Shown here piece after piece: positions 12,801 through 27,100 of a stretch of 64,000 nucleotides of DNA. The translations under genes and the position numbers were made by a program. This DNA comes from Octopus sinensis (Eukaryota). How positions within the stretch are numbered: the first letter of the stretch is position 1; each line of letters starts with the position of its first letter. Under the pieces are notes generated by a model. The model was not told where the DNA came from, did not search any database, and was given only the letters and a program-made list of their open reading frames with translations. The stretch is from the NCBI RefSeq assembly GCF_006345805.1, contig NC_042999.1:131378001-131442000 (forward strand), in the 5' to 3' direction.

Positions 12801-15800
12801 AGAGGTGAAGAAGTTGGGTTAGTACATAAAGAATAGTTCAAATGTGTAAAAAAGTAAACAAGATTACAACATGGTGATGGTTAGAGGAAAGCGATCTCAA
12901 GCCAAACACTGAAATTTTCATATTTACAGAATGTTACATCAAGTTTTGTACAAGCAAAATAACTGTATCCTTACTGAAGGCTATGTGGTAAGTTAGTGAA
13001 AATATTTCCCATAGGTGTGGTTATGTGGTAAGAAGTGTGTTTGCAAACCACATGGTTTCAGGTTCAGTCCCAATGAATGAAACCTAGGGCATGTGTCTTC
13101 TACTAGAGCCCCGGTTCAACTAAAGTTTTGTAAGCCTGTCATATATATGTGTAAGTGTCAGTTTGTAAATGTGTGTCACCATAATGCAAGTGGTGTCCTT
13201 CATTTCTAATCTTCTGTGAAAGCATAAGTGGTCATGGAGAAATATTACCTTATTCAGAAACAGGTGAGGGTAGGCAACAGGAAGGGCATCTGGTCATACA
13301 AATCCTACTCAATAAATTCTGTCCAACCCATCCAAGCATGGAAAAGTGGACATTGAAACAACGATGATGATGGTGATGATTACCCATATCATATCAAAGT
13401 GTAAAAAGTTAGTTTAAGATGAGTATAAATGGTCCTTCTTGAATTGGATTGGAAGATTAAGTAGTGGAGGGAATATGATGTAGCTATAACCTGGAGTATG
13501 TTACAGAGGATGAAGAAATTAGTATTTTGTGAGAGTTTCACATCAGATATGATGTATAGAGGAGAACATAGATTGACATTATGAATAATGAAAATGAATT
13601 ACTTGAATATAGAAGTGGCAATCAGGAAACTTCAGCAGGAAACTTTAAGATGATGTGAAAACAAAATATAATCATAAACCAGGACACTGAAGAATGAATA
13701 AATCAATCCATTACTAACAGGGGCACTAAGTTAGCAAAAGGGTTACAGTTGAGGACTTAGGTTACTGGCTGTGAGCTTTCAAGAAAAATATAACAGTAAA
13801 GCAGAAAAATTTCAAGGATGGTAATATCTTTTTGACCAGATACAAGAACATATTTTGTCTGGTAGCATGCATAGTTAATTAAATTGAACTCTTGCACTCA
13901 GCTTATCAAGCACAAAAAGTGGCATTATAATGCAAAACTGTATTGCCTCAAAACCAGAGGCATTTTTGTCAAGTACTATTTTTAAGTACTTGAATACTGG
14001 AAAATAATTAAAATATTTCATTATAGCACATCACACCAAATTATCAAAGACTATATAGCAATAAATTTACCTGACAAATGCAAAAATTGATAAACTCTTT
14101 GGCATTTAAACTGACCATATCCAGCCAAAATACTCTACTTGCTTTATATCCAAACTGGCCAGATCTAGCCTTTTATACCTACCCTAAAATGTCCTTTTAA
14201 ACATAAACAATCACATCATCAAAATTCATGGCTACAGTATAATGCAGAATAAATTCAAAATAATGTGAATAAATGAGCCTTACATTTGACAGAGTAATCT
14301 GCACACTAAAGGGTTAATGTTTAAAACGATAAAAATTGAGAGGAAACAAAACCAAACTTCATAATTTTGATTCTATCATAGATGTTATACTATCCAGTTT
14401 ATCTTAACGCCTCCATTAGCAATGGCTTCTACACAATGAATACATGACTAGAAGTGGTGTACAATGAATTTAAAACAAGTATATCCTCCAAACTGTTTAT
14501 CAGTAATAACTGCAATTATTAGAGCACCGGCTATCACGTGATGAAAATTAAACTATCACACAGTTCATGGTACACATCTTACTATGGGATCAAAAGTACC
14601 CATTGCAATGCTAGCATAGGTTCAGTTTAGTGTGAGAGGATGATGTGGGCAATAAGTTTGGAAATATCAGAATAGAATCTAAATGCAATGAGTTCAAGGT
14701 ATCATAAGAATTGCATTATTTTTCTACTTTAATAACTCCATTTAAACTTATACGAAATGTGCATCATTGTGTCATCAGATTTGAAGAATTAGTTAAGATG
14801 AGAAGCCTATTGTAAAATATGTATTCTAACAAATCATGAAAATCTCTAAATGAGTAGAAACAATCAAGTATGGGAAATGTGATGTAAAATGTCAAAAATA
14901 AAATTATAAACAAATGAATCAATAATTATTTTCCAGCTTTTCCAATCTAATTAGTAAAATATGAAGTGATAAGAATTTAGAATGGAATCACTATACAAGA
15001 AAACTATGCCTTTTGGCCAACTGACTGGTAGAAGTTGTGAAGCAGTAGACAAAATATTTTACAATATTTTATTTATTCCCAAATTAAAAATACAATCCAA
15101 CCAGGACTAGTTTTGGTTATTATCCCCCTATGAGTGAAAATAAGTAAGATGCATATAGTGATTAATTCAATAAACTATACTCTCCTTTTCAAATATGTGG
15201 CAATGTTAAAAATCAATATTGATAAATGATGAGACATAATATAAATAGTTGAACAGCAAACTTCAAACAACAGAGGAAATAATTTTTTTTTCAAAAACTG
15301 AAGACCAAGATTTATATGTAAATTGTGAGCATGAAAATTACTTTTAAATAAAACCCAGGAAAATAAGTTCAAAAATATATCATTACTGTCATCTCAATTA
15401 GTCAAAACTTATTAAACCTGATGTGTTTTTCAGTAGAAAATTAATATATGTAAAAACAATAAAAACAGACGAAATATATTATTGATAAAGAGGAAAAACA
15501 TATACGAAAAGAAAACTATTCAGCTTATTTGACTGGAAAAAAATAGTTTTTTTAGTTACACATCTGCAAAGCAACAAAAGAAATTGAGATGAAAAAAATA
15601 TATACTAATCTTTAAGGAGACTTAAATTTTAACAAGTTTTTTTCTGTTGTAATTTTATTCTTAAATTAATAATCCTTCCCTACTATAACACACAATATTG
15701 GTTTCTAATTTTGGCACAAGGCCAGCAATTTCAGTGGAGGGGGAAAATCAATTGCATCAATCCCAGTGCACAACTGGTACTTATTTTATTAACCACAAAA

Positions 15801-18800
15801 GGATGAAAGGCAAAGTCAACCTCGGCAAAATTTGAACTCAGAACTTAAGGATGGATAAAATGTTGCTAAGCATTTTGCCTGGCATGCTAATGATTCTGCC
15901 AGTTCACTGCCTTTCTATAACACACAATATTAACAAGCTATAATAAGCAAGATACTGAACAGAATTTTATGCCTATTTAATAAAATATAATAGATGTTCC
16001 AATGTATGACTATCTCTTCATATAACACACTAACAGTATATAAAGGTTAGATTTAGTCGGTTGATGTAGGAGAAAGAAGACATAGCAACATTAGACATAA
16101 TTGAAATAGCTACCATGTTTATCATGTTTTCAGACTGAAGTTTGCTAAATTACTCAAACCAAATAGTTTTCTTGAATTCAATATCAATTCAAGAATGAAA
16201 TATCCAAAGGTGATGATGAATCAAAGAATATTATGCAAAAGACCTAAATAATATGAAAACATTTATTTTTATTATTTAACATACTGGTAAGACATACCAC
16301 TGAGACAATTTTAAACAAAACATTCCTTTTGAAAGAGAAATTGCCACTGTCAAAACATGCTGAGGATGGGAGATAAAGTATAATAGTCAAACAATTAGAA
16401 GCAATATTTCTCAGCACATTGTCACATCGATATCATTAGGAATTTTATATACAGGTAGAGTTATAAATAGGCATATACATCTCCCCCCCCCTCTCTCTCT
16501 CTGAAAATATTATATACAACCCCATAGCTGACGTAAATTACAGATCAATGCAAATTTGATTTTAAATGATTAAGGAAAGAAGCTGATGTAATTTTTATGC
16601 AAACAGGAATAATAAGTCAATAGTTTCCTTCAATAATTATGCAGTCTGCTGCTGGTATGTTGGGTGTGGTAGAATGCTGTCTTCATGCAAAAGTATGTTT
16701 TGGTCATGACTGGAATACTTAAACTTAACTCCAGCACAAAAATTCTTGAATATGGCATACAGTTTTTAAGTGATATGCAATTTTTGACAGATTCCAAGCA
16801 TTACACAAGATTAAATAAATTTAAAATTACCCAGTTGTAATATTATTTTAGTCAAAAACAATTCATTTTAAAACAATTTTAAAACAATTCATGAGGTTTC
16901 TTAATTTTTTGATTAGAATTATATGTATAAATATATATACATGCATCATTTGAAGACATGGTGCGTGATAAAAAAATCAAAGAAAGAGGTAGAGGGTTGG
17001 TACCAACAAACCGTTTTCTAGAATCATTATTTTAATGATTCAGATGATGATTTTTCAGTTTCATCTTTATAAGTTGGCTCTCTGAGTGATGAAGATCCTA
17101 AAGAGAACACTTAGGAGGAATATTTAGCTTTGGAGCCTTTACTAATAATGAGACAGTGTTAGACTTACATAACAATAACTTTGACAATAATTCAAACCTG
17201 TTTATAGATTTACAACATTATTTTATTGATAAGATAGGATGAAAAATGGATTCATTAGATTTTTTTTATTTATTTGAAACTGATTTCTGTTATTAAAACA
17301 AAAATAAAAATAAAAAAGCTACAAAGGAAAATGTTTTGAGATGTTCAGAGTAAAAAAAAATATATAATTCTTTGCTTATTATTTTTTTTGTTTTTTGTCA
17401 CTGTATTTAAGAAGGAACTGTTTTATCTATATCATCATTCTACCATTCTTGAATCGAAAAGAAGAGAAGTGAGGGAAACAGGCATTGTTAATGAGATTTA
17501 GAGTTTGAAGGTTAATGTATAGTGAGATCACAATACATGGGAGAGAAGGGGCCACCTCTGTTTTGATAACAGGTCTAATGAAATAAATAGTTCTGGTGAA
17601 AAGAAGCAGGAGGTGGGTGAAATAAGATGGCATTCTACCAAACAATTCTGAAAAATAGAACTCCTAATAGTATCAGTAGAAAAAGCACAAGAGCACAATA
17701 TGACAGTGGGGACGATTTATGAAGATTTTTCTATAAATAAAAGTTTATCTATTAGGAAGATGGCTTTCCAAATACAATCTAAGATGCAGGTAATCAAAAC
17801 AAGTGAACCAATATAAGAAAAGTGTTTATATTGTGCAACATACTCTGCCCTGCAGAGCAACTATAGCTTAGATATTTATAGTTCTGAAGATGGAAAACCA
17901 GGTCACCTAGACATAGCTTTCATAATATTAAGAATATATGAAAGGCCAGTGAAAATAGTGTGTTCGAACATGTGAAGTTGTTTGGTAGTGTGGTGCAGTT
18001 ATCTGTCCTTGAAAAATGTAATATTTGCCTTGAGTTTGTTACCAAATTACACAGGGACATATATTTTGAATTAGACCAAAAATTATTAAAATGCTTTTGT
18101 GGATAACATTTATATATAATGTGTATACAGACACAGACAGTCACTAGCTATAATATTTTGTCTCAGAGAAACATTTCAAAAGGACTTGTGTATTATAAAA
18201 ACAAGATTTTGGTCAAAATGTCAATCAGTAAAAACCGTTTCAACTGAGTTCATTTTATGTTTGATCAGAAATATTAAAAATAAATTGAGTGAAAACTAAC
18301 AACTGAAATGTCACATGAAAAAAAAAAATTGAAGAATATTTCTTCATTTTTAAATGAAATATTAAATATATATATAGGAAATTAAATAATGTAAGTATAA
18401 TACTTCAATATTGACTGGTAACTAGGGAATAAATTCTGTGAGAAAACTGAAAAAGAAAAACATTGAAATTTCTATCAATGTTAATAAATCAAAAACAGAT
18501 TTTAAAATTCATAAATAAATATATCTTACCTCCAGGAAAAATGTAATCAGCATTGTTGATTATTGTTTCAATAATGACACTAAAATTACCAGTTGATAGT
18601 ACTGTTGGACTGAATGAAAAATATATCAATAAATGAAAAATTTCATAGATATAATCAGGCAAATACAATTATTCTCTCTTTTGGTATAATAATTTAATTA
18701 TCAAATAATAACCCTTTAGCATTTAAACCAGCCATATCCGGCCCGAATATTCTGTTTTGTGTTCAGACAGACCAGATCTGGCCTCTCACACCTATACTAC

Positions 18801-21800
18801 AACATCTCAAAGTTACAAGACAATACATGATTAATTCAAAACAAAAAGATTAATTATTTTTCTTTCAGATACTTTAAATCAGGCATGGCCCATCATCAGG
18901 CAGGCTGCACAACTAAAATAAAAAATCCAAGATAATTTTTTTCGTTCAGATTGACATTCACAAGTCCTACAGGTCACAAGTTGCCCATGGCTGGTTTAAA
19001 TGTTAACAGAACCTGTTATAATGCTAACCTGAGGTTGGATTTAGGTTGAAGGAAATAACTGAAGGGGATATAGTAGTTCAAAGGTCATGTAGTCATATTT
19101 GCTGCAGGAATCTTTGAAAAGGACACGTAATCGTTTTCATCATGGCTATAATATGAAATACAATAACATTCATACACAAAACTTCTCATGGAACCCTCTA
19201 AACCAGTTTTTAACACAACATGCATACAACCACCATTTGAAGAAACTTAGTGGGTCACTTAAGCCAAACAATATCCTTCAGACATTACTCTAAAACAATG
19301 TACTCTTCAAGTTACTCCTAATGAAAAACACATCAATGTTTCTCACATTATTTAGTCCATGATACACAAGGCAAAATACAGCTTAGTGGTTAGGGTGTTG
19401 CATTCACAATCACAAGATTGGGGTTTCGATTCCCACACTGGGCAAAGCATGGTACTCCTGAGCAAAACATTTCATTTCACGCTTTTGTCCAGTGATCACT
19501 TCTACATCTGGCATGTGTCACACCATGCACCAGTACAGGTAATGCCAGTTAAACAAATCAGGTGTGCAGATTGTTTAACAAGATGTTGTCATTCACAATA
19601 GAAGAGTCCACATACTTTCTACTAACTTGAAAACCTCCTTTATAATCTAAAATCCAGAACTTTTTTTTGTTTTTATTACTGGCAATGTCCTTGACACCAT
19701 TTCAAGGTCTATGAAACTGATAGAGATAGGGAAGAAAGTTATTCACAGATTGGAGAAGAAGTGGCCTGAATGCTTACTAAGAGTGAAATCCACTCAAGGT
19801 ACCCAATGGTTTCTTACCCATGAAGGTACTGCCCTTCAACAATAAGCTACCATCCTTAATCTGACCAGAATTTTCCAACATATTGCTCCCCAACTGCTGT
19901 TGAAGATGCTGTCACCAACCTTTATCCAATTGTCTTGGTTGTACTTCAAAAGGTAGCTCAGCCACTTTCTACAACTATATATTAATGATTTACTCACTCA
20001 CTTCTCCAGTTGCATGCACTGCTATATAGATGGTATCTCTTCTCTTTCTATGCTCAAACCCCACCAATTTAACCTCAACAATTATTAAGAATATACTTGG
20101 TGACAGTGTCACACTTACAATTAAAACAACTAGTTTAATAATAAATCAATAATAATTCTTTCTGCTATAGGCAAATGACGTGAAATTTTGGGTAGGAAGC
20201 GGGGCTAGTCAATTACATCAATCACAGTACTCAACAGGTACTTATTTTATTGCCCTTGAAAGAATGAAAGACAAAGCTGACTATGGTAGAATTTGAACTC
20301 AGAGCTGCAAGAAATACCTATTTCTTTACTACCCACAAGGGGCTAAACACAGAGGGGACAAACAAGGACAGACAAATGGATTAAGTCAATTACATCAACC
20401 CCAGTGCGTAACTGGTACGTAATTTATCGACCCCGAAAGGATGAAAGGCAAAGTCAACCTCGGCGGAATTTGAACTCAGAACATAACGGCAGACAAAATA
20501 CTGCTAAGCATTTCGCCCGGCATGCTAACGATTCTGCCAGCTCGCCACCTTTACAATATCAATAACAATAATAGTACACATACATAAAGATATATTGTTC
20601 AATGTGTTAAAAATTTAATACTTACAGACTTTCATCTGATGACCAAAGCAGATTAGGACCTATCACGATAGCAATATTACTAGCTGTCATTTTATTAGTA
20701 TCGGAACACTTCGCTAATTTTGCAAGAAATTTCACTAAATACCTGCAAATATAAGAAATAAAAAAAATATGATTTGGTTCAATTAATCCACATCCACAAA
20801 CATATTAATAATATTTTCCATAACATTTCCACACATTTTTCTATACTTGTTTGGACTAGCTATATTTAAAACAAAAATTTTTGTATTTGTGCTTCAGTAA
20901 TTAAGAGAGAGATGCTTTTCATTAGACTAACCATTTATGAGAAAAACATGTAGAACAGGGGTTCTCAATCATTTTTTACCTATGGACCCCTTTGATTACT
21001 ATTTTATTCTAGGGGACCCCCATAGTTATCAATGTTTACAAACTAGCTTTACAAATACTTCTTTCAAAATTCTTATTTTGTTATTCACACATTAACTTGT
21101 GTATGCTGAACTATGTAAAATGTTATAGAAAGAAACCTAGCTGCTTCTTGCAATAGACACATTTAAATCAAAACTTTACATGGACACTTAAAATACTACT
21201 GTGGATCCTCAATTTACTATTTTGCTAGTATGGACCGCCAGAGGTCATGTGGACACTAGTTGCAAACCACTGATGTAGAGTATTAATAACAATTTCTTTC
21301 ACAGAAGCCTGATCATAGCACCTAAGCCTAATAGCTCTTTCAAAAGATATGATGGTTGTGTGATAAAGTTGTTCATTAAATTTTAACTTATAATTTAATT
21401 TTGGTTTTTCAACATAAAATTGTGTTTCTGCTTATCCAAATGCAAACTAAAAGACATAATCCAATGACTATGTAATTAGGTGATGTAGCATAGAGTTACA
21501 ATTTTGTCATTGTGTCGTATGATAGACTACTTAAATCTACTATTGATTTCAAATTTTGGCACAAGGCCAGCAATTTCAAGGCAGGGAGTAAGTCGATTAC
21601 ATCGAACCCAGTGTTCAACTGATACTTATTTTATTAACCCTAGCAGCATAAAAGGCAAAGTTGACTTCAGCGGAATTTGAACTCAGAATGTAAAGACAGT
21701 AATTTTGAGGCAGGGATTAAGTCAATTACATCAACCCCAGTGTTCAACTGGTACTTATTGTAACAACCTTGGAAGGATGAAAGGCAAAGTCAACCTCCTC

Positions 21801-24036
21801 AGAATTTGAACTCAGCAAAGATGGACAAAATGCTTAGTAGCAAGTGAACAATTCTGCCAACTTGCTACCTTACTTGAATCTAATATTAAGAACAATATTT
21901 TCTTTTTTGCTTTTCTCTATCAATTTTGTAATGTAAGTATAGGTAATATAATTTTTTTTTGTTGTTGAAACAATTGCTTTCAGAGATGATGCTCTTCTTA
22001 CCACTAAAAAAAAAGTTAACAAATTATTATGTGGTGAGAAAAAAATATTAGTAAATATATAATATTTTCATTTATTTCAACATGAATGGGAGTCAACTCT
22101 AGATATGTTTTAGTCTTATTATGATGATCTCATCATCACAGTACCTGCTGAAGCGGGGTTGAAAATTATCACAGTAAATGTATAAGAATGCCCACTGGTT
22201 TCTATAAGAAACTAAAATTGTTTAGAGATTTAGCAAAGCTGGAGCAAACAGAGTTATGGCACAGCACACAGTTGTAGTAATGTAATTCAAATACTTAAAA
22301 GAATAAATTTAATTTGAATATCAATCTAGAAAATATAGCAAATATTACACACCTAAAATTGTCATAATTTTCTTTAGGCAATTTATTTACAGTGGCAGTT
22401 AAAGCAGCCAGACGCTGGTCTTGTGGTCTGAAATGAGATAATAAAAATATTATATATAAAAAAAAAAATTTTTTTTTAAATCAAACAAAATCAAAATAGA
22501 TGAACATCAATGGAATTTGTATCTTTGTGGTACCAGTGCCGGTGGCACACAAGAAAGCCATCCGAACGTGGCCGTAGCCAGTACCACATCGACTGGCCTC
22601 CGTGCTGTGGGCACGTAACAAACACCATCCGATCGCGGCCGTTCGCCAGTCTCATTTGGCACCTGTGTCGGTGTCACATAAAAAACACTATCCGAGCGTG
22701 GCTGTCTGCCAGCCTTGTCTGGCACCTGTGTCGGTGGCACATAAAAACACCATCCGAGCGTGGCCGTTCGCCAGCCTCATCTGGCACCTGTGTCAGTGGC
22801 ACATAAAATCACCCACTACACTCTCGGAGTGGTTGGCGTTAGGAAGGGCATCCAGCTGTAGAAACACTGCCAGATCTGACTGGCCTGGTGCAGCCTTCGG
22901 GCTCCCCAGACCCCAGTTGAACCGTCCAACCCATGCTAGCATGGAAGGCGGACGTTAAATGATGATGATGATGATGATGATGAAAACATAACAATGGCCT
23001 ATCATGTTCTTGTTACTCTCCTTCACAAATAACAATGACTTCATATTTTATTATTGAAATGGAGAGGACTCGTAAGTTTTCCCAAAGACAAAATGATCTC
23101 TCTAGTGCTGGTGCTATGATAAAATTTATCTGATATGTTCTGTCAAGTGATTAGTGTGACAAAGGGCATTAAGTCATAGAAACCATGCCAAAAATAGAGT
23201 ATCAGAGTAAGGTGTGGCCCTCTGGCTTATCTAGGATGGCTGTTGTTCTAAACAAGGTCTGACTCGGACCATTATGACCCATGCCAGCATGGAAAATAGA
23301 CATAACATGATGAAGATGATGATGATGGTGTATCAAATATAAGGGAAATGTCTACTTTAAGTCTTTTTTACCTCATAATAGCTTGAACTTGGTGAATTTG
23401 CAACACCTGCATATAATTCAACCTTTTCTTCTCTAATTTATGAACCTTAAAGTTTCGACTGAAATAATTTCCCCCCAAGTATCCCAAGGAACTATTTCTG
23501 CCATGGCTACCTTCCACTACAAAATGACAGTACAACGTCCCAATACGCACACATACACGAAAACTGCATCATCATCATCTTTGTTGTCCTTGTCATCATC
23601 ATCATCATTATTTTACATTCTTTCTCCATGCTGGCATGGTTTGTACAGGTGTTCATGTTCTAAGTTAGTTCTTCTGGGAGCCACTTTTTTGAAAGACAAG
23701 TTGGAGGACTGTACATAACTCTTTTGGCATAGTGGCTGCAGCTGGATGCTCTTCCTCACACCAACTACTTTACAGAGTGTACTGAATGCAATTTATCATC
23801 ACACAGGCACAAGAAAAGTTGTCAGGTCCTCAGCAAGGCAAGACTAAAGGGTCCTCTCAATCCTATGCTTTCTCCCTACGTTTGTCAGCCATTTTACAGA
23901 ATACACAGAGTACATTTAATGTAGCACCAACACTAAAGAGGTTCTCATGTCCTCAACAACACAGGATTAAAAGGGTCTTTCTCACATAGTGTTTACTTTG
24001 CTTATATATATGCATCTGTACAGGTTCTCTTTATGC

Positions 24037-24105
<69 letters not shown>

Positions 24106-27100
24106 TATATACATACATACATACACACATACATAGGTGCAGGTGAGGTTGTGAGATAAGAAGCTTGCTTCCCAACCACATGGTTCTGGGTTCAGTCCCA
24201 CTCTATGGCATCTTGGGCAAGTGCCTTCTACTACAGCCTCGAGCTGACCAAAGACTTGTGAGTGGATTTGATAGGCAGAAACTGAAAGAAGCTTGTCATA
24301 TATAGATATACATAATATATATATATATAGTTCTATATTTAAGAGATGAGGAATTGTGTACATTAATTACATTTGACGGATATTTGTTTGTTGTTAACAT
24401 GTTTTGGCTGATATACCCTCCAGCCTTCATCAGGTGTCTTGGGAAAATTTCGAACTTGGGTTCTCATTCCTAAGGTATTTTTTGATGTTGTTGTTATTAT
24501 TATTATTATCATTATTATCATCATCATCATTATCACTATTATTATTATTATTCAGGTCACTGCCTGGAATCGAACTCGGGATCTTGGGGTTAGTAGCTTG
24601 CACTCTTAACCACTATGCCATATGCCCACGGGCACATGGTGTAGTGGTTAAGATAAAGGCTGGAGGGTATATCAGCCAAAATGTTGTGTTAACAACAAAC
24701 AAGATGAGGACAAATATCTGTCAAATGTAAATAATGTAATATATATATATATATAGATATATATATGAAGAGTGTTGTAGTTCACTTGAAGCATTGTAGT
24801 ACAGAAGTAGAATAAGAAATTAAAAAAGAAGTCACTGCATTGTTAGAAGCTTTCCTCATTTTCCTTTTCATTTATCATTTTATTTCCATATATATATATA
24901 CATCAATAGTATATGAAAAGATGCAAATGTAAAACTTACAATTGAACTGATTGCACAAATTCTGCATACAAGTGGAACGTCAAAAGAGGTTCAGGAAGTT
25001 CCCTTAAATACTGTTTCAGGGCCCCTAAGTAATTAAAAGATAGCAAAATAATAAAATTATATAAAAATTAATATTTGAGGTTAAACAGCAAAAAGACGGT
25101 AACATTTAAAATGTTTACTGAACAGAATAATGAAACTTACCTGCTACAGTATGTAAATCATGTTCGTATTCCTCCATATCTACTATACCAGCATCAAATG
25201 ATGCCTAAAAAGAAAGAAAATAATACTTCTTCATCAAAATATCCAATACAATTTGAATAACTACAAAAAATTGATAGAATGTTTCTTTTATTTTACCAAC
25301 AACCAAAAATATGCAACTTTTCAGTGGAATACAAAAATTTATTTATTTAAATATTTTAGCCTTATCTCGCATAAGAGAAAAAAAACATTCCACAGGTCCT
25401 TTTTCAATAACCTTAATGAGAAATAAGAAAGCTAAATGTTGATCATCATCATCATTATTCGACCGTGGTCGAGACAATGGAATTTACCATGCTACGCCAG
25501 ACTTCACGGTAAACTGTAAACCAGTACAACCTGTGTCAGTGGGGTAGAAAGGGCTCCTTAGCCGTAGTGAAGGCAATCTTGTCTAGGGAGATAACCTTAC
25601 AATAAATCACTCGGTCCGTAGCTTAGAAATACTGGGTTGACGCCCAGCGGAAACAGCTTTGTTTCATGGAGGAGGAAAGATCTTCTTTAGTACTTGGTTG
25701 TACAATGCTTTCCAATGTGTGTAGTAGTGGCGCGCGCACACATTATTAGCCATTTGAAAAGACTATGGAATTTACAATTAACTGCACCAGGGTTCCTCTT
25801 CCCCAGGGAACCAGACCTAATGATATACCTGCGGATATAGATCCAGCCCCTGCTTTGCCGGGTCCTGTCTCTGATCACGTTGCACCTCCAAGGGCATCCA
25901 TTGACGGTGATGCCCTCAATCTTAACAGACAGGTATCACCTGATGGAGAAGAGTCAGCTCCCAACCAAACAACACCAAACAAACAAATGTTGATACTTGA
26001 GTACTGAGCGCTATTAATGATATATTTGAAGAAATATGAACCAGATTATTTATTCGGTAAAGAATTTAGGGTCCAACTAACTCTTCTAAACCTCTTCTCA
26101 TATAAAAACTTGTAAAGCACCTCTATATGGTCCTGATATGCTACAAATAGCAACCTAATTACCTTAAAACTACACTTTATCATCTTTACAAAAACCAAAA
26201 AAGCCACATTTGATAATGTAGTCCTAGATGCATTGTCTGAAAATAAGATGGTATGGTCATAGTAGGAATCTAATAATAATTGCTTTCTTTAATTAGAAGT
26301 AATCTGGCATTAAACAACAAAAAGCCCAATAGATTTGAAATGTTTGTCATTACTGTTTTAACGTCAGCTTTTCCATGCTTGCATGGGTTGGGCAAAGTTT
26401 AATGTGGCAGATTCTCTACAGCCAAATGTCTTTCCCATCGCCAACCCTCAACTATTTCCAAGTAAGGTAATATTTTCCCCCTGGCCAGACATGTTTTTAC
26501 AGAATTTTGAAAATGAATAACTTTGCCTGTATGACAGTGGCACTCATTTACATCTATTGAGCAATGTCAAGACAAGGGCACACACACACACAAATATGTG
26601 TGATGGACTTCTTTCAGTTTCCATGTACCAAATCCACTCACAAGGCTTTGGTTGGCCAGGGAATATACTAAGACTTTTGCCCAATGCAACTGAATCTGAA
26701 ACCATGTGATCGGAAAGTAAACTTCTTAATCACACAGCATTGCATGCACTGAGTTAGAAACTGTCCTACATTTTACTGTTCATTAGAATAGGAACATATA
26801 AAGGAATAAAAAGTTTGCCAGATACTTGTTTCTAATAAACTGACTTTTCAGAAATTTGGAAAATTCCACCAAAACATTGTCTTTGTATAACAAGGATACC
26901 AGAATTAAAGATGTTTAATAGTTCTGAATTTATATATTACACTGTATAACAAAATTTTTATTCATTTATTATTATTTTATTTATTTTTTTTTTTTTGGCC
27001 TTGATCAGTAAGTGTTATTTCCTATTTGCTTCAATCTAGAAATCAAAGGAAATGACTGCTATTCCTTTCAAACTTTGCTTTTGTGACTTGGGCATCAACG

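Noticed and set aside
22531-22810. CRISPR-like repeat array
   Set aside because: Eukaryotic context, contiguous ~60-bp units without unique spacers, and it lies inside a SINE-like element.
25765-26007. 80-aa Pro-rich nested gene
   Set aside because: It lies within a TSD-flanked insertion and runs out through the TSD; most likely a truncated retroelement ORF start.
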